From: Thermodesulfobacteriota bacterium
GTDB lineage: Bacteria; Desulfobacterota; Desulfobacteria; Desulfobacterales; SURF-7
Reading direction: 5' to 3'
Assembly: GCA_049320885.1 (NCBI GenBank)
Contig: JBMORA010000056.1
Coordinates: 1 to 53,549, forward strand
DNA: 53,549 nucleotides
A model generated the notes under the pieces. It did no database searches and was not told where the DNA came from. It saw only the letters and a program-made list of their open reading frames with translations. How positions within the stretch are numbered: position 1 is the first letter of the stretch; every line of letters begins with the position of its first letter. The translations under genes were made by a program, and so were the position numbers. This document shows, one piece after another, positions 1-10,065 of this stretch.

Positions 1-1
1 A

Positions 2-1264
2 CAGACGCAGCCGCAAAAGCCCGGACCCAATCTATCGGCGTCAGACTGGGTTCTGCGAGGTGAATCCTTCCAGCAGTCGCAATTGAACGACAGCGCCATC
101 GATGCTTTCAACCAGGCGCTGAAAATCAATCCGAGGCTGGCGGAGGCCTATTACGGAAGAGGATTGACCCGGAAAAACAAGGGGGAATTCGCCGCAGCCA
201 TCGACGACCTCAGCAAAGCCATTGAGATCAACCCCAAATATTTCGAGGCGATCAACAACCGCGGTATCATTTATTTTATCAGCGGAGAGTATGATCGGGC
301 CATCGACGATTTCAACAGGATCGTGCAGCTTGCCAACCCGCTGCTTGCCTCGGCCTACAACAGCCGGGGGATCGCCTGGAAAAACAAGGGAGATTACAAT
401 CGGGCCCTCGTGGACTATACACGGGCTATCATCATCAACCCGAGTTATGCCTTTGCCTACAACTGCCGGGGAATCGCCTGGAAAGACGCCGGCCATTACG
501 ACCGGGCCATCAACGATTTTTCGATTGCCATCAGCCTGAACCCCAAATTCGCGGAAGCCCATACCGGGAGAGGCGTCGCCTATTACAGTAAAGGGGAATA
601 TGATCTGGCGATTACAGATATTTCAAAGGCTATCGAGATCAGTCCCAACAATACGGAAGCATATTACAGCCGCGGGATCACCCGGCATAAAAAGAAAGAA
701 TACGAAAAAGCCCTCGCCGATTTTTCCAAGGCGATTGAAATCGATCCCGGTTTGATCAAAATCTATAACAGCCGTGGCATTACGTATTATCTGCTGAAAA
801 ACTACAACGCCGCCCTTGCTGATTTCAACAAGGCAATCGAAATCAATCCGAATTTCGCCGACGCTTACAGCAACCGCGGGCTCATCTATAAAAATCTGGG
901 AAAATACAACGAAGCCATTGAAAGCTACAACAAGGCCCTGACCCTGAATCCGGAGAGCCCGACAGCCAATAACAGCCTTGCCTGGATCCTGGCGACCTGT
1001 CCGCAAGACTATTGCCGGAACGGCCAAAAAGCGGTTCAATTGGCGCAGAAAGCCATCCGGCTGAACAAAGACGCCTATAAGTTGGACACCCTCGCGGCCG
1101 CATATGCCGAAACAGGCAATTTCCAGCAGGCCGTTGCGACTCAGGAACAGGCGAATTCCCTGTTGGCCGGGGACAAAGATTCCCCAGCACTGGAGCAAGG
1201 GAGAAAACATCTGATGACGTATCAAAAAAAGTTACCGTGGCGGGACATATCCCCGGCCCCCTGA
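2..1264 (+). CDS. Tetratricopeptide-repeat (TPR) protein, 5'-partial
   Basis: Frame is open from position 2, so the start lies upstream of the window. About 9-10 tandem 34-aa TPR units (AY..RG.....G.Y..AI.DF..AI.INP) plus a C-terminal NSLAWILATCP...LDTLAAAYAE cap. Confidence 0.9.
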   Translation, partial: QTQPQKPGPNLSASDWVLRGESFQQSQLNDSAIDAFNQALKINPRLAEAYYGRGLTRKNKGEFAAAIDDLSKAIEINPKYFEAINNRGIIYFISGEYDRAIDDFNRIVQLANPLLASAYNSRGIAWKNKGDYNRALVDYTRAIIINPSYAFAYNCRGIAWKDAGHYDRAINDFSIAISLNPKFAEAHTGRGVAYYSKGEYDLAITDISKAIEISPNNTEAYYSRGITRHKKKEYEKALADFSKAIEIDPGLIKIYNSRGITYYLLKNYNAALADFNKAIEINPNFADAYSNRGLIYKNLGKYNEAIESYNKALTLNPESPTANNSLAWILATCPQDYCRNGQKAVQLAQKAIRLNKDAYKLDTLAAAYAETGNFQQAVATQEQANSLLAGDKDSPALEQGRKHLMTYQKKLPWRDISPAP

Positions 1265-1318
1265 ACGGAATCGCAGCCAGGATGGATCAGGCACTCTCTT
1301 GCGGGAGGCAGGACGATC

Positions 1319-1744
1319 ATGAACACCACCGGCAACACAGATAACATCAGGAGCATCTGCCATCGGCTGATAACAGTCGTCCCCGGACCGAACCCATGGC
1401 GCTGGGACGAGGAATTCAATGTCGCTCGAATCGTTTTCCGGAAGTCGGGAGCGGATATTGTACTATCGGAATTAAAGCAGATCTTTGAACATTGTTACGA
1501 TTTTTCAACCATCGAAAGAGCCTCGGCCGATGTCGACCGGTTTATCAACTCCATTTTCGGCATTATCCCCGGCCAGATGGTCTTCACATCCAACACCTCA
1601 GACGGGCTGATCCTGTTTGCCGCCTGGTGGCCCTGGGGAAATGAAATGGATATTTCCCTGCGAGTCGGATTGTACAGCGCCGCCAATCCCTCCAAGGATA
1701 AAAGCGGCTTGGAAAAACTGCTGAACGAATGGTTTCATCTATAG
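1319..1744 (+). CDS. Hypothetical protein (141 aa, WWPWG motif)
   Basis: ATG preceded by GGAGG/AGGA; protein-like composition; co-oriented with neighbours. Confidence 0.7.
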   Translation: MNTTGNTDNIRSICHRLITVVPGPNPWRWDEEFNVARIVFRKSGADIVLSELKQIFEHCYDFSTIERASADVDRFINSIFGIIPGQMVFTSNTSDGLILFAAWWPWGNEMDISLRVGLYSAANPSKDKSGLEKLLNEWFHL

Positions 1745-1834
1745 AAGAAATCCCTTATAATAACTGTCTGACTGTTTGTTATCGGCAATCCACGGAAAGC
1801 CGGATGTTCATTCGAGGAGCTGAGGAGCTGCGGT

Positions 1835-4153
1835 TTGATTTTTTTCAGTAAATCCTATCCGGACAATGACGACCTGATATTGCAGCCGTATACGATACAC
1901 TTTTCCCTTAACAGCCTCATTCCGGGAGTGGACAATGTCCGCTATGACGTTCATCTCAGCCCGGGTCTATGCCGGTCGGTTGAAAACATCACCAGATATC
2001 TGGTTATGAAACACGCAAAAGTCGGAGAAATTCCAGAGGCCTCCAGCCAGATTGCCTCCTCATGGGTGAAAATTCGGGGGGATTTCATACAAAACTGTAT
2101 TGATGTGATGCTTGGCGCTATCAACAAGGCCAAACTGGAAAGGGAAATCCAGATCAATTTCCTTGCCCAGACCGCTCTGGCAAAAATGGTTCTGGAGGAA
2201 ATCCGGTCCCAGTTTCTTCAGCTGATTGAACAGTATAAAAATCTTATTCGAAAACATGATGTCAGCCATCGTGTCGAAATCAGCGATGTGATTCGCCTGA
2301 AGGAGGCCCTTTCCGAAATCCAGAAAAACCGCACTAAAATTATCTGCGACGTCGCCAAGGAACTGTTCCAATGTATTGCCGAAGCCCAGCAGAATGAATT
2401 GCATAAGATACGGGAAGCGAATTTCGGATCGGATTCCATTCTGCCGGAGGATTTTTTTATCAACCCGCTGATCCATGCCGAAAATGCCACGGATGATTTT
2501 TTCATGCTGGAAACCTACGTCCTGTTTGGCAACCGGATGGCGGATCCGCTGAAATACGAAACCGTACTCGCCCTGATGAATTCCTTTTTCAACCAGTTTG
2601 ATGAGAGAAAAGCGGAACCGCATGAGCCGACGGCTTCGCTTCCCGCCGTATCCCTGGATGACTACGAAGAAAAACTGGTTCCGGAAAAAACCACCACGGT
2701 TACCAACGTGGATGCATGGCTGAAACACGTGGACAATATTGATACGGTGTTTAATTATATCAAATCGGAATCAAAATTACGCGAGCTGAAATACCAGCAC
2801 GCCTCCAAAAATGATGTTGCGGTTGTCAAAATCCAGATCAGAAACCGTAAGTGGCGCATGCAGCAACTCCATTCGCTGTTGAAGAAGGAGGGACTGATTG
2901 AAATCATCGCGGCCTGTTATGCGATGCTGCCGGTATACACGGAATTCTGCCCCCCCCTGTTCCCCCATGAAGTCATCAACTATCTGACCTCATCGAAGGA
3001 AAGGAATGTCATCACCGCCAAACTCAAGCGCCTGAAGGCCGGTTCCGGGAAATCGGTATCGCTGGCGCCATTGAAAAATATAATCCACGAAATCAAAAAT
3101 CTAAAAGAGCATAAAGCCAACGAGACCATCATCCGCTTTCTCAAAGACTTCGTCCGGTACAACCGGGATCTCCATAATTATGAGATTCTGAAAGAGGCCA
3201 TGAACCGGATCAATCTGGCTGCTGATGAAAAAACCAGAAACCTTTCTCGTGTAAATCACACCCTTTATGAATTCCTGCTCCCAAGGGAGCAGGTCCGCGA
3301 AGAAAAGCCCATCGTGAATCATGTTGTCATCAAATCGGATCTTCGCGGTTCCACGGATATCACCCACCAGATCAAGGAGCGGGGGCTCAACCCGGCTTCG
3401 TATTTCAGTCTGAATTTCTTTAATCCCATCACCGCCATTCTCTCGGAATACGGTGCAACAAAAGTGTTCATTGAAGGAGACGCCATCATTTTATCCATCT
3501 TCGAAAAAGAGGAGACCCCCGAAGACTGGTACAGTGTGGCCAGGGCCTGTGGGCTTGCCATCAACATGTTGATGATAACACAGCGGTATAACGCCAATTC
3601 CAAAAAGCACCGTTTCCCTGTTCTTGAGCAGGGGATCGGCGTCTCCCACCGGAACAGTCCACCGACGTTTCTCTTGGACGGCGAAAACCGCATCATGATT
3701 TCTCCGGCCATCAATCAGGCGGACCGGTTGTCCGGTTGCTCGAAATTATTGCGGAAGAAATTCGAACCCCAGAAGGGGCCCTTTAACCTGTATGTATTCC
3801 AGACCAACCAAATCGAAGATCTGTCGGCCACGGCCGATGACTTATACGAACGCTACAATGTCAACGGGATTGAATTAAACGCCGATGGATTTGAAAAATT
3901 GAAGGAAGAGATCAATCTCAAGCGGATGAAATGTCATATCCCTGATTTCTGGAAGGAACCGTTCATCATTTATACCGGTATTTTTCCTACCATATCAGGG
4001 AAATATCAAAGACTGGTCATCCGCGAGGATCATATTCCGCTTGTTTCCGTGGACAATTTCACCGTACTTCGCCTTACCAACCAGAAATACTATGAAGTCT
4101 GTACCCAGCGCCGCCTGTATGAATATGCCAAGCAAATGTCCAAAAGCCCTTGA
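1835..4153 (+). CDS. Large helical protein with C-terminal divergent class III nucleotidyl (adenylate/guanylate) cyclase-like domain
   Basis: TTG start after GAGGAG. Motifs VIKSDLRGST (first metal Asp), KVFIEGDAII (GD, second Asp) and SPAINQADRL (N..A.RL). Confidence 0.7.
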   Translation: MIFFSKSYPDNDDLILQPYTIHFSLNSLIPGVDNVRYDVHLSPGLCRSVENITRYLVMKHAKVGEIPEASSQIASSWVKIRGDFIQNCIDVMLGAINKAKLEREIQINFLAQTALAKMVLEEIRSQFLQLIEQYKNLIRKHDVSHRVEISDVIRLKEALSEIQKNRTKIICDVAKELFQCIAEAQQNELHKIREANFGSDSILPEDFFINPLIHAENATDDFFMLETYVLFGNRMADPLKYETVLALMNSFFNQFDERKAEPHEPTASLPAVSLDDYEEKLVPEKTTTVTNVDAWLKHVDNIDTVFNYIKSESKLRELKYQHASKNDVAVVKIQIRNRKWRMQQLHSLLKKEGLIEIIAACYAMLPVYTEFCPPLFPHEVINYLTSSKERNVITAKLKRLKAGSGKSVSLAPLKNIIHEIKNLKEHKANETIIRFLKDFVRYNRDLHNYEILKEAMNRINLAADEKTRNLSRVNHTLYEFLLPREQVREEKPIVNHVVIKSDLRGSTDITHQIKERGLNPASYFSLNFFNPITAILSEYGATKVFIEGDAIILSIFEKEETPEDWYSVARACGLAINMLMITQRYNANSKKHRFPVLEQGIGVSHRNSPPTFLLDGENRIMISPAINQADRLSGCSKLLRKKFEPQKGPFNLYVFQTNQIEDLSATADDLYERYNVNGIELNADGFEKLKEEINLKRMKCHIPDFWKEPFIIYTGIFPTISGKYQRLVIREDHIPLVSVDNFTVLRLTNQKYYEVCTQRRLYEYAKQMSKSP

Positions 4154-4170
4154 CCCCTCCCGCCGGGCGC

Positions 4171-6345
4171 TCACAGAACTCCGATGATCCTTTCCAGGAA
4201 CAGCTCAACCGCCTGATAGATACGCCAGGCCTTCTCGCCGTTGATGATCCCATGGCGACCGGCGTTGACCAGGAGATACTCCTTATCCTCGGAGCCTAGA
4301 TGTTCATATATCTGCCGGGAGCCCTCCGGGTCGACAACCGGATCGCCATACCCCTGGATCACCATGGCCGGAACCGTGATCCGGGACAATTTGGTTTCAA
4401 GATCGTTCATCAACCGCTCCAGTTCCATTAGGCCGGAGATCGGGTTCCGGTGATAATTGATATGCGGATTTTCAGGATTGTTTTCAACGAATTCCTTCTG
4501 CGCGGACTCGAAACTGAATTTCTTCATCAAGCGGTTCCACAAATGAACCGCCGGAACAAAGCGGGTGGAAAAATGTTGCAGTTTCAATGGCGGCGATATG
4601 GCAAATACCGCCGCGATATCCGGAACCCGTGCACACATATCCAAAGCCAGCCCCGCCCCGGTTGAAAAGCCGCCCATCACCACCCGTTTGCAAGTATTCT
4701 TGATGATCCCGTACGCTTCTTCAACCGATAACACCCATTCCATATAGGTTCTGCGAGCCAAATCATTGGGAGATGTTCCATGCCCGCTCAAACGGGGCAC
4801 ACAGACCCAATATCCCCTGCTGCCTAAAAACTGCGCCAGGGCCCTGACCTCCAAGGGCGCCGCCATGTATCCATGAACCAGAACGACACCGATCTCCCTG
4901 GACGGGTTTTTAATCAGAAAAGGCCTCCCCACATGTTTTTCCTTGGTATGCTCCTGTTGCAGTTCATACTGGGAATAATCCTTTTCAAAATCGAAAGTCA
5001 TCTTATCCTGAAGCTGCTTGGCCGTCCAGAATTTGATCCGTATCCCCGGCTGCCAGGCCAGACGCTTCAAATGGGTTTGCAGATCATTCAGGGGTTCAAT
5101 CTCGTTGGCAATGACCAGCACGGGATTGTCGATCCGGACACGATGAAAATCACCCCCTTCGCTGAAACTTCGGTCCCGGACGATGACATGGCCCTGTCGC
5201 TTGATAACTTTTTTTTCCAGACAAAGGGCGAGAAAATTTTCGACCTTCTGGAAACGATCATCCGTCAGCAGATGAATCTGGTTCTGATTGAGACTCCGAT
5301 GTCGATGAACGGCCATTTTGGAAAGGTCCGCGCTTGTGGCCAGATAGGCGCGGCAGCGGAATTCATCTTCGTCGATCTCATTCACGGGCAGATACTTCAG
5401 TAACGTAGCGAATATATGGTCATGGTTCACCGTTGTCAGATTATAGATGGCGGCCATATAGCGTTGCATGATTTTTTGGGCCGACAGCTTCATCATCCGG
5501 CGCGAAGGGAGCTCGTCATCAAAATCGATCGGTTGCGGCAAATGAATATCTTTCTGGATGACGGCGCTTTTCATATATTGGCCGATCCGGATCGGTTCGC
5601 CGAAACGAATGTCCACGTCCACTCCCGCCAGCAGCATGGTACCTTCCGTCATCACCTCTTCCACAATCCTTTCCGGAAGCTCCCGGAAAAAAAGATCAGC
5701 CATTCGGCTGAAAAAATTTTCCCTGGCCCGGATGGGATAGTAGGTGATATTGACTGGAACAATATATGTTTGCTTTCCCGACAGGGATGCGACGGATTCG
5801 ATTTGATAGAGTTCCATCAAACGGGTGGCTTCTGCGGGATTTGCCGTTTGCATCGCGGCGATGCGCTGCCGGTAGAATTCGGTGCGCAGGGCCAGGCTCG
5901 CCGTACCGGTATGGGGTGGATGCTTCCCGTCAGGTGCCTCGATCATGAATCTTTCTTTTTTCCAGCCTTTTTCAAACACCTTTTTGTTTTTGACCATCCT
6001 GCCTTCCGGGAAAATGACCCAGGCCGCCTCACCGGTCAGCAATGTCTTGACAATCAGAAGGTCTCTGTGCGGATTCCTGGTGGAAAGGGCACCAAGACGG
6101 TTCAAGACAGCTCCCAGGCTGCCCTCGAAAAGACTGAAGTCGGCCAGGGACCAGACCGGCATGTTAATGATACGGTTGATATGGTAGGGGATCAGTAATG
6201 TTTCGATACGGGTGAAATGGTTTACAGCGAAGATGATGGAACCATCGGGTATGTTCTCTCTGCCAAATATCGATACGCGCGCCCTGGACAGATCGGAAAG
6301 GGTTTTAATGGCATACCCCGTTGTACGATAGGCGAAATGCCCCAT
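4171..6345 (-). CDS. Fusion of a lysophospholipid/glycerol-phosphate acyltransferase (PlsC-like) and a C-terminal alpha/beta hydrolase (carboxylesterase-like)
   Basis: N-terminal NHFTRIE and IFPEG acyltransferase blocks. C-terminal VLVHGY, GFSTG nucleophile elbow, DPVVD and HG. Start placed at ATG 6345 after GGGGG. Confidence 0.85.
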   Translation of the reverse strand: MGHFAYRTTGYAIKTLSDLSRARVSIFGRENIPDGSIIFAVNHFTRIETLLIPYHINRIINMPVWSLADFSLFEGSLGAVLNRLGALSTRNPHRDLLIVKTLLTGEAAWVIFPEGRMVKNKKVFEKGWKKERFMIEAPDGKHPPHTGTASLALRTEFYRQRIAAMQTANPAEATRLMELYQIESVASLSGKQTYIVPVNITYYPIRARENFFSRMADLFFRELPERIVEEVMTEGTMLLAGVDVDIRFGEPIRIGQYMKSAVIQKDIHLPQPIDFDDELPSRRMMKLSAQKIMQRYMAAIYNLTTVNHDHIFATLLKYLPVNEIDEDEFRCRAYLATSADLSKMAVHRHRSLNQNQIHLLTDDRFQKVENFLALCLEKKVIKRQGHVIVRDRSFSEGGDFHRVRIDNPVLVIANEIEPLNDLQTHLKRLAWQPGIRIKFWTAKQLQDKMTFDFEKDYSQYELQQEHTKEKHVGRPFLIKNPSREIGVVLVHGYMAAPLEVRALAQFLGSRGYWVCVPRLSGHGTSPNDLARRTYMEWVLSVEEAYGIIKNTCKRVVMGGFSTGAGLALDMCARVPDIAAVFAISPPLKLQHFSTRFVPAVHLWNRLMKKFSFESAQKEFVENNPENPHINYHRNPISGLMELERLMNDLETKLSRITVPAMVIQGYGDPVVDPEGSRQIYEHLGSEDKEYLLVNAGRHGIINGEKAWRIYQAVELFLERIIGVL

Positions 6346-6469
6346 ACTGTTCCCCCGCTGCTGGTTCGGTCGTTGATAAATTTCAGCCTTCTCTGAGGAT
6401 TGAATGAATGTATTATACAAAATAATGACAATATGATCAATACGCTGTAAGGGTAAGGTGGAATTGGTG

Positions 6470-6499
6470 TTGACATCTTCGGCCGATCTATTTTAGACT
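6470..6499 (+). promoter_or_regulatory. Putative sigma70 promoter of the ferredoxin-mnmA-mtaB operon
   Basis: TTGACA (6470-6475), 18 nt spacer, TAGACT (6494-6499), about 30 nt before the TTG start. Confidence 0.5.
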
Positions 6500-6530
6500 T
6501 TTAAATTATGTATTTTTTTGGAGGGAAAGC

Positions 6531-6959
6531 TTGTACTCACGAATCCTGATTCTTCGTTTTCCCAAGACCGAAGTATCGAAACCGACCGTCTGCCATCTGG
6601 CGAAAAATTTCGACTTGTCTTTCAATATCCTCCGGGCGACGATTTTGCCGCGCAAAGAAGGTATCATGGTGCTGGAGCTTTTCGGCACCAAAAAGAATTT
6701 CAAACTGGGAATCGCCTATCTAAAAGAACAGGGCGTGCTTGTCCAGAACGCATCCCAGGAAGTCAGTCGTAACCAGGAAAAATGCATCCACTGCGGCGCC
6801 TGCACTGCCGTCTGTCCCACCGGCGCCCTTTCCGTGAACCGCAAAACCATGGAAGTCGAGTTTGAGCAAACCCGATGCAGCGTATGTGAACTCTGTGTGC
6901 CCGCCTGCCCAACCCATGCAATGGAAGTTCGGCCAACGTCGGAAATCTTTTTTGAATGA
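6531..6959 (+). CDS. NIL-domain / 2x[4Fe-4S] ferredoxin protein
   Basis: FNILRATI NIL-like domain; CIHCGACTAVCP and CSVCELCVPACP; GGAGG RBS. Confidence 0.9.
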   Translation: MYSRILILRFPKTEVSKPTVCHLAKNFDLSFNILRATILPRKEGIMVLELFGTKKNFKLGIAYLKEQGVLVQNASQEVSRNQEKCIHCGACTAVCPTGALSVNRKTMEVEFEQTRCSVCELCVPACPTHAMEVRPTSEIFFE

Positions 6960-8035
6960 GACCGGTAACGGCAGTCGCCATCAGTGGAGGGGTTGATTCC
7001 CTCATCGCCGCTTATTTGCTCCAACAGCAGGGCCACCGCGTCATCGGGGTACACTTCGTCAACGGCTATGAAGAGGGTCTCCATCCACCCGCCGCCGGTA
7101 TGGCGCCGAATGATTGGTCAAGTCTCCGGAAACAGGGAAAAGGCATGGAAGCCATCGCCAGCCGGCTCGGGATCGAGCTGCGAATCATCGACTGCCGGCA
7201 ACCCTTTCAGAAGGAGGTGATCGACTATTTTATCGCAACCTATCGCAACGGGAAAACCCCCAATCCCTGTCTGGTATGCAATCCGCTGATCAAATTCGGG
7301 GTGTTGTTGAACGCTGCGAAAACCTTCGGCGCGGAGAGACTGGCCACCGGCCACTATGCGCGGCTCTGGCAAGCGCCCGATTCCGGCCTCCGCCTGTTAA
7401 CAGGAATCGACAGCCGGAAAGATCAATCCTATTTCCTGGCCTTCCTGCGACCATCGCAACTCGCCGAGGCCAGCTTCCCCCTAGGGGAAATGGAGAAAAA
7501 AGATGTCCGGGCCATGGCGGAAAAAACAGGCCTTTCCCCGCTGACCCGGCTGGAAAGTCAGGACGTCTGCTTCTTAGCCGGTCAACCCTATTCCGTTTTT
7601 CTGGAAAAAGCCGGTCTGCCATTCCGGCCCGGCGAAATTGTGGACCAGGCCGGCAACATTCTCGGTTGGCATAACGGGTTGCACCTGTTCACGGTGGGTC
7701 AGCGCAAGGGGATCAACTGCCCCGCGGGACATGCCTACTATGTATTGAAACTGGATACAGCAGCCAATCGTCTGGTTGTCGGCCGCCGGGAGGAACTGTT
7801 TTCCAGGCAATGTCTTGTGGAGCAAATCAACTGGATCGTTACTCCTCCGGCCTTGGAATTCACCGCCAAGACCCGGATTCGTTACCGGCATACCGCCGCA
7901 CCTTCCACCGTTTCCTTGCATCCGGACGGTTCCGCGACGGTTTGCTTTCACCAGCCGCAATCCGCCGTCACGCCCGGTCAGGGGGCTGTTTTCTACCAGG
8001 ACGATGAGGTGTTGGGAGGCGGCTGGATCGTCTGA
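6956..8035 (+). CDS. mnmA: tRNA 2-thiouridine(34) synthase
   Basis: SGGVDS PP-loop, TPNPCLVCN, ATGHYA, KDQSYFL, ESQDVCF, TVGQRKG, TPGQGAVFY; ATGA overlap with the upstream gene. Confidence 0.95.
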   Translation: MRPVTAVAISGGVDSLIAAYLLQQQGHRVIGVHFVNGYEEGLHPPAAGMAPNDWSSLRKQGKGMEAIASRLGIELRIIDCRQPFQKEVIDYFIATYRNGKTPNPCLVCNPLIKFGVLLNAAKTFGAERLATGHYARLWQAPDSGLRLLTGIDSRKDQSYFLAFLRPSQLAEASFPLGEMEKKDVRAMAEKTGLSPLTRLESQDVCFLAGQPYSVFLEKAGLPFRPGEIVDQAGNILGWHNGLHLFTVGQRKGINCPAGHAYYVLKLDTAANRLVVGRREELFSRQCLVEQINWIVTPPALEFTAKTRIRYRHTAAPSTVSLHPDGSATVCFHQPQSAVTPGQGAVFYQDDEVLGGGWIV

Positions 8036-8059
8036 ACGTGACGAAAACATAGCGCATTC

Positions 8060-9418
8060 GTGATTATGGCCATCTTTTTTATCCAAACATTGGGTTGCAA
8101 GGTCAACCAGTTCGAATCGGACGCACTCCGGACCTTGTTGATGAACAACGGCTGGGTTCCGGCAGGCGACGGACAACCCGCAGAGGTCTGTATCATCAAC
8201 ACCTGCACCGTCACCCGGAAAGCATCCATGCAATCGCGTCAGGCCATTCGCCAGGCCATTCGCCTCCATCCGGACGCGCGTATCATCGTCACCGGATGTT
8301 ACGCCCAGACGGCACCGGAAGAAATCGAACAGATCCAAGGCGTTTATGAGATTATCGGTCATGCCTACAAGCATAAAATCGCCGATGCCATCCTGTCCAA
8401 ACGGAACAAAAAAATTCCCAAAACGCCCCTGAGAATTATCCGGGACATCAACAGGGAACAAATCTTCAAACAAACCCCCGTCGTACCCGTGACCGACCGC
8501 ACCCGGCCGTACCTCAAAATCCAAGACGGCTGCAGTTCCTTTTGCAGCTATTGCATTGTCCCGTTCGCCCGCGGCAGAAGCCGCAGCATGCCGAGGGAGG
8601 ATGTTCTGGCGAACATAACATCCCTGGCATCCTTCGGCTATCAGGAGGTCGTTCTGACGGGAATCGACCTCGGCAGTTACGGCAAGGACCTCTCCGGAAA
8701 GAACGGCGGTCTGGCGGAACTGCTGTTTCACATCGAGTCCCGCCGCCTGATCCAACGGGTACGCCTGAGTTCCATCGAACCCCTGGAATTCAGCAACGAC
8801 CTTTTTCAGCTGATTGCCGAATCCCGCATGATCTGCCGCCATTTCCACATCCCCCTGCAGAGCGGCGACGACGGGATCCTGAAAAAAATGAGGCGCCCGT
8901 ATACTTCCAGTCAGTACGCCCGCATCATTGAGGAACTGCACCGACTGGCACCGCATGCGGCCATCGGCGCCGATGTCCTGGTGGGGTTTCCAGGGGAAAC
9001 CGATTCCGCCTTTGAAAATACCATGTCCCTGGTGAAAGCCCTGCCCCTCACCTACCTGCATGTGTTCCCCTACTCGGTGCGCCCGGGAACAGCGGCCTGT
9101 GAATTTCCGGGACGCTTGGAAGCGGATATCATCAAGGTCAGATGCCGGTTGATCCGCGAGCTGGGACTTTGGAAAAAACGGCGGTTTTATCAAAACGCCG
9201 TGGGCAGCGAAGTGGAAATCCTCATCGAGGATCAGCGGGAACCGCTGACGAGCCGGCTGAAAGGGCTCTCCTCCAACTATATCCCGGTGCTGCTGGACGG
9301 ACCGGATGATCTGAAAAACACCATCCAGTCCGTCCGCTTGGAAAAGGTGGAGCCCGGCGATATCCTGTCCGGGGCGATCCTGAAACAACCGGCCGCCGTT
9401 AGTAGGTCCACCCCATGA
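8060..9418 (+). CDS. mtaB: tRNA threonylcarbamoyladenosine(37) methylthiotransferase (radical SAM)
   Basis: TLGCKVNQFES, INTCTVT, VTGCYAQ, KIQDGCSSFCSYC, HIPLQSG, HVFPYS.RPGT. Confidence 0.93.
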   Translation: MIMAIFFIQTLGCKVNQFESDALRTLLMNNGWVPAGDGQPAEVCIINTCTVTRKASMQSRQAIRQAIRLHPDARIIVTGCYAQTAPEEIEQIQGVYEIIGHAYKHKIADAILSKRNKKIPKTPLRIIRDINREQIFKQTPVVPVTDRTRPYLKIQDGCSSFCSYCIVPFARGRSRSMPREDVLANITSLASFGYQEVVLTGIDLGSYGKDLSGKNGGLAELLFHIESRRLIQRVRLSSIEPLEFSNDLFQLIAESRMICRHFHIPLQSGDDGILKKMRRPYTSSQYARIIEELHRLAPHAAIGADVLVGFPGETDSAFENTMSLVKALPLTYLHVFPYSVRPGTAACEFPGRLEADIIKVRCRLIRELGLWKKRRFYQNAVGSEVEILIEDQREPLTSRLKGLSSNYIPVLLDGPDDLKNTIQSVRLEKVEPGDILSGAILKQPAAVSRSTP

Positions 9419-10052
9419 TGCCCAGACCGAACACATTGGCGACAATGGCGATGCTGTAAATTGATGAGATGACGATGATCTTGTTCCGGTCGGATTTCAT
9501 CCCGATAACCAGCAGGGCCGCCACATAAAAATGCAGATAGCCGAACAGGAAAATCAACCAGACGCCCTTGAACGAGCGATGCCAGAATTCATACTCCCAA
9601 ACCAGATGGCCGCCCTTGTTCAGCAGGCATTCCACGAATACGCAGAAAATCGAGTAAGCGATGGCCCAGAACCAACGGTTGGGAATCCCCAGGATGCGAT
9701 CTTCCTTTCTTTCCGACAAGGTATTGTAATATATGATTCCTGAAATCAGGAACATGAAAATGATTTCAATGTTCCATCCCACCATGGTTCGCAACGCCGT
9801 ATCCCCCGGAGTGGTCCAGAAAGCCGAACGCTGGGTGAAATGCAGCACCCAGCCGTTCCAGGTCTCATTGATGAAATCCATGCCGAAAACCGTTAATCCG
9901 GCGAAGATCGCATTCCAGTTGCCGGTTTCCCGGGCCTTTTTCATCTCCGTGGTATAGATGTAGAAAACGATGGCCAGCAACGGGATGACGTACCATTTCA
10001 ATGTGGATAAATCCCGTAACCCTTGAAGCGCCTGAATGGATGCCTGTGTCAT
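9399..10052 (-). CDS. Conserved-looking integral membrane protein of unknown function (about 6 TM)
   Basis: ATG 10052 with GGAGGAGG RBS; several hydrophobic Trp-rich segments; follows the TetR gene. Confidence 0.75.
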   Translation of the reverse strand: MTQASIQALQGLRDLSTLKWYVIPLLAIVFYIYTTEMKKARETGNWNAIFAGLTVFGMDFINETWNGWVLHFTQRSAFWTTPGDTALRTMVGWNIEIIFMFLISGIIYYNTLSERKEDRILGIPNRWFWAIAYSIFCVFVECLLNKGGHLVWEYEFWHRSFKGVWLIFLFGYLHFYVAALLVIGMKSDRNKIIVISSIYSIAIVANVFGLGIMGWTY

Positions 10053-10065
10053 ACCCCTCCTCCTG

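Noticed and set aside
2..1000. About 102-bp periodic DNA similarity
   Set aside because: Explained by TPR coding repeats; not a CRISPR array or non-coding repeat.
1835..4153. Pycsar/CBASS-type defence cyclase
   Set aside because: No adjacent cyclic-nucleotide-binding TM/TIR effector, and the context is not a defence island. Kept only as a divergent cyclase.
7574..9445. 623-aa minus-strand ORF
   Set aside because: Antisense to mnmA/mtaB; no motifs.
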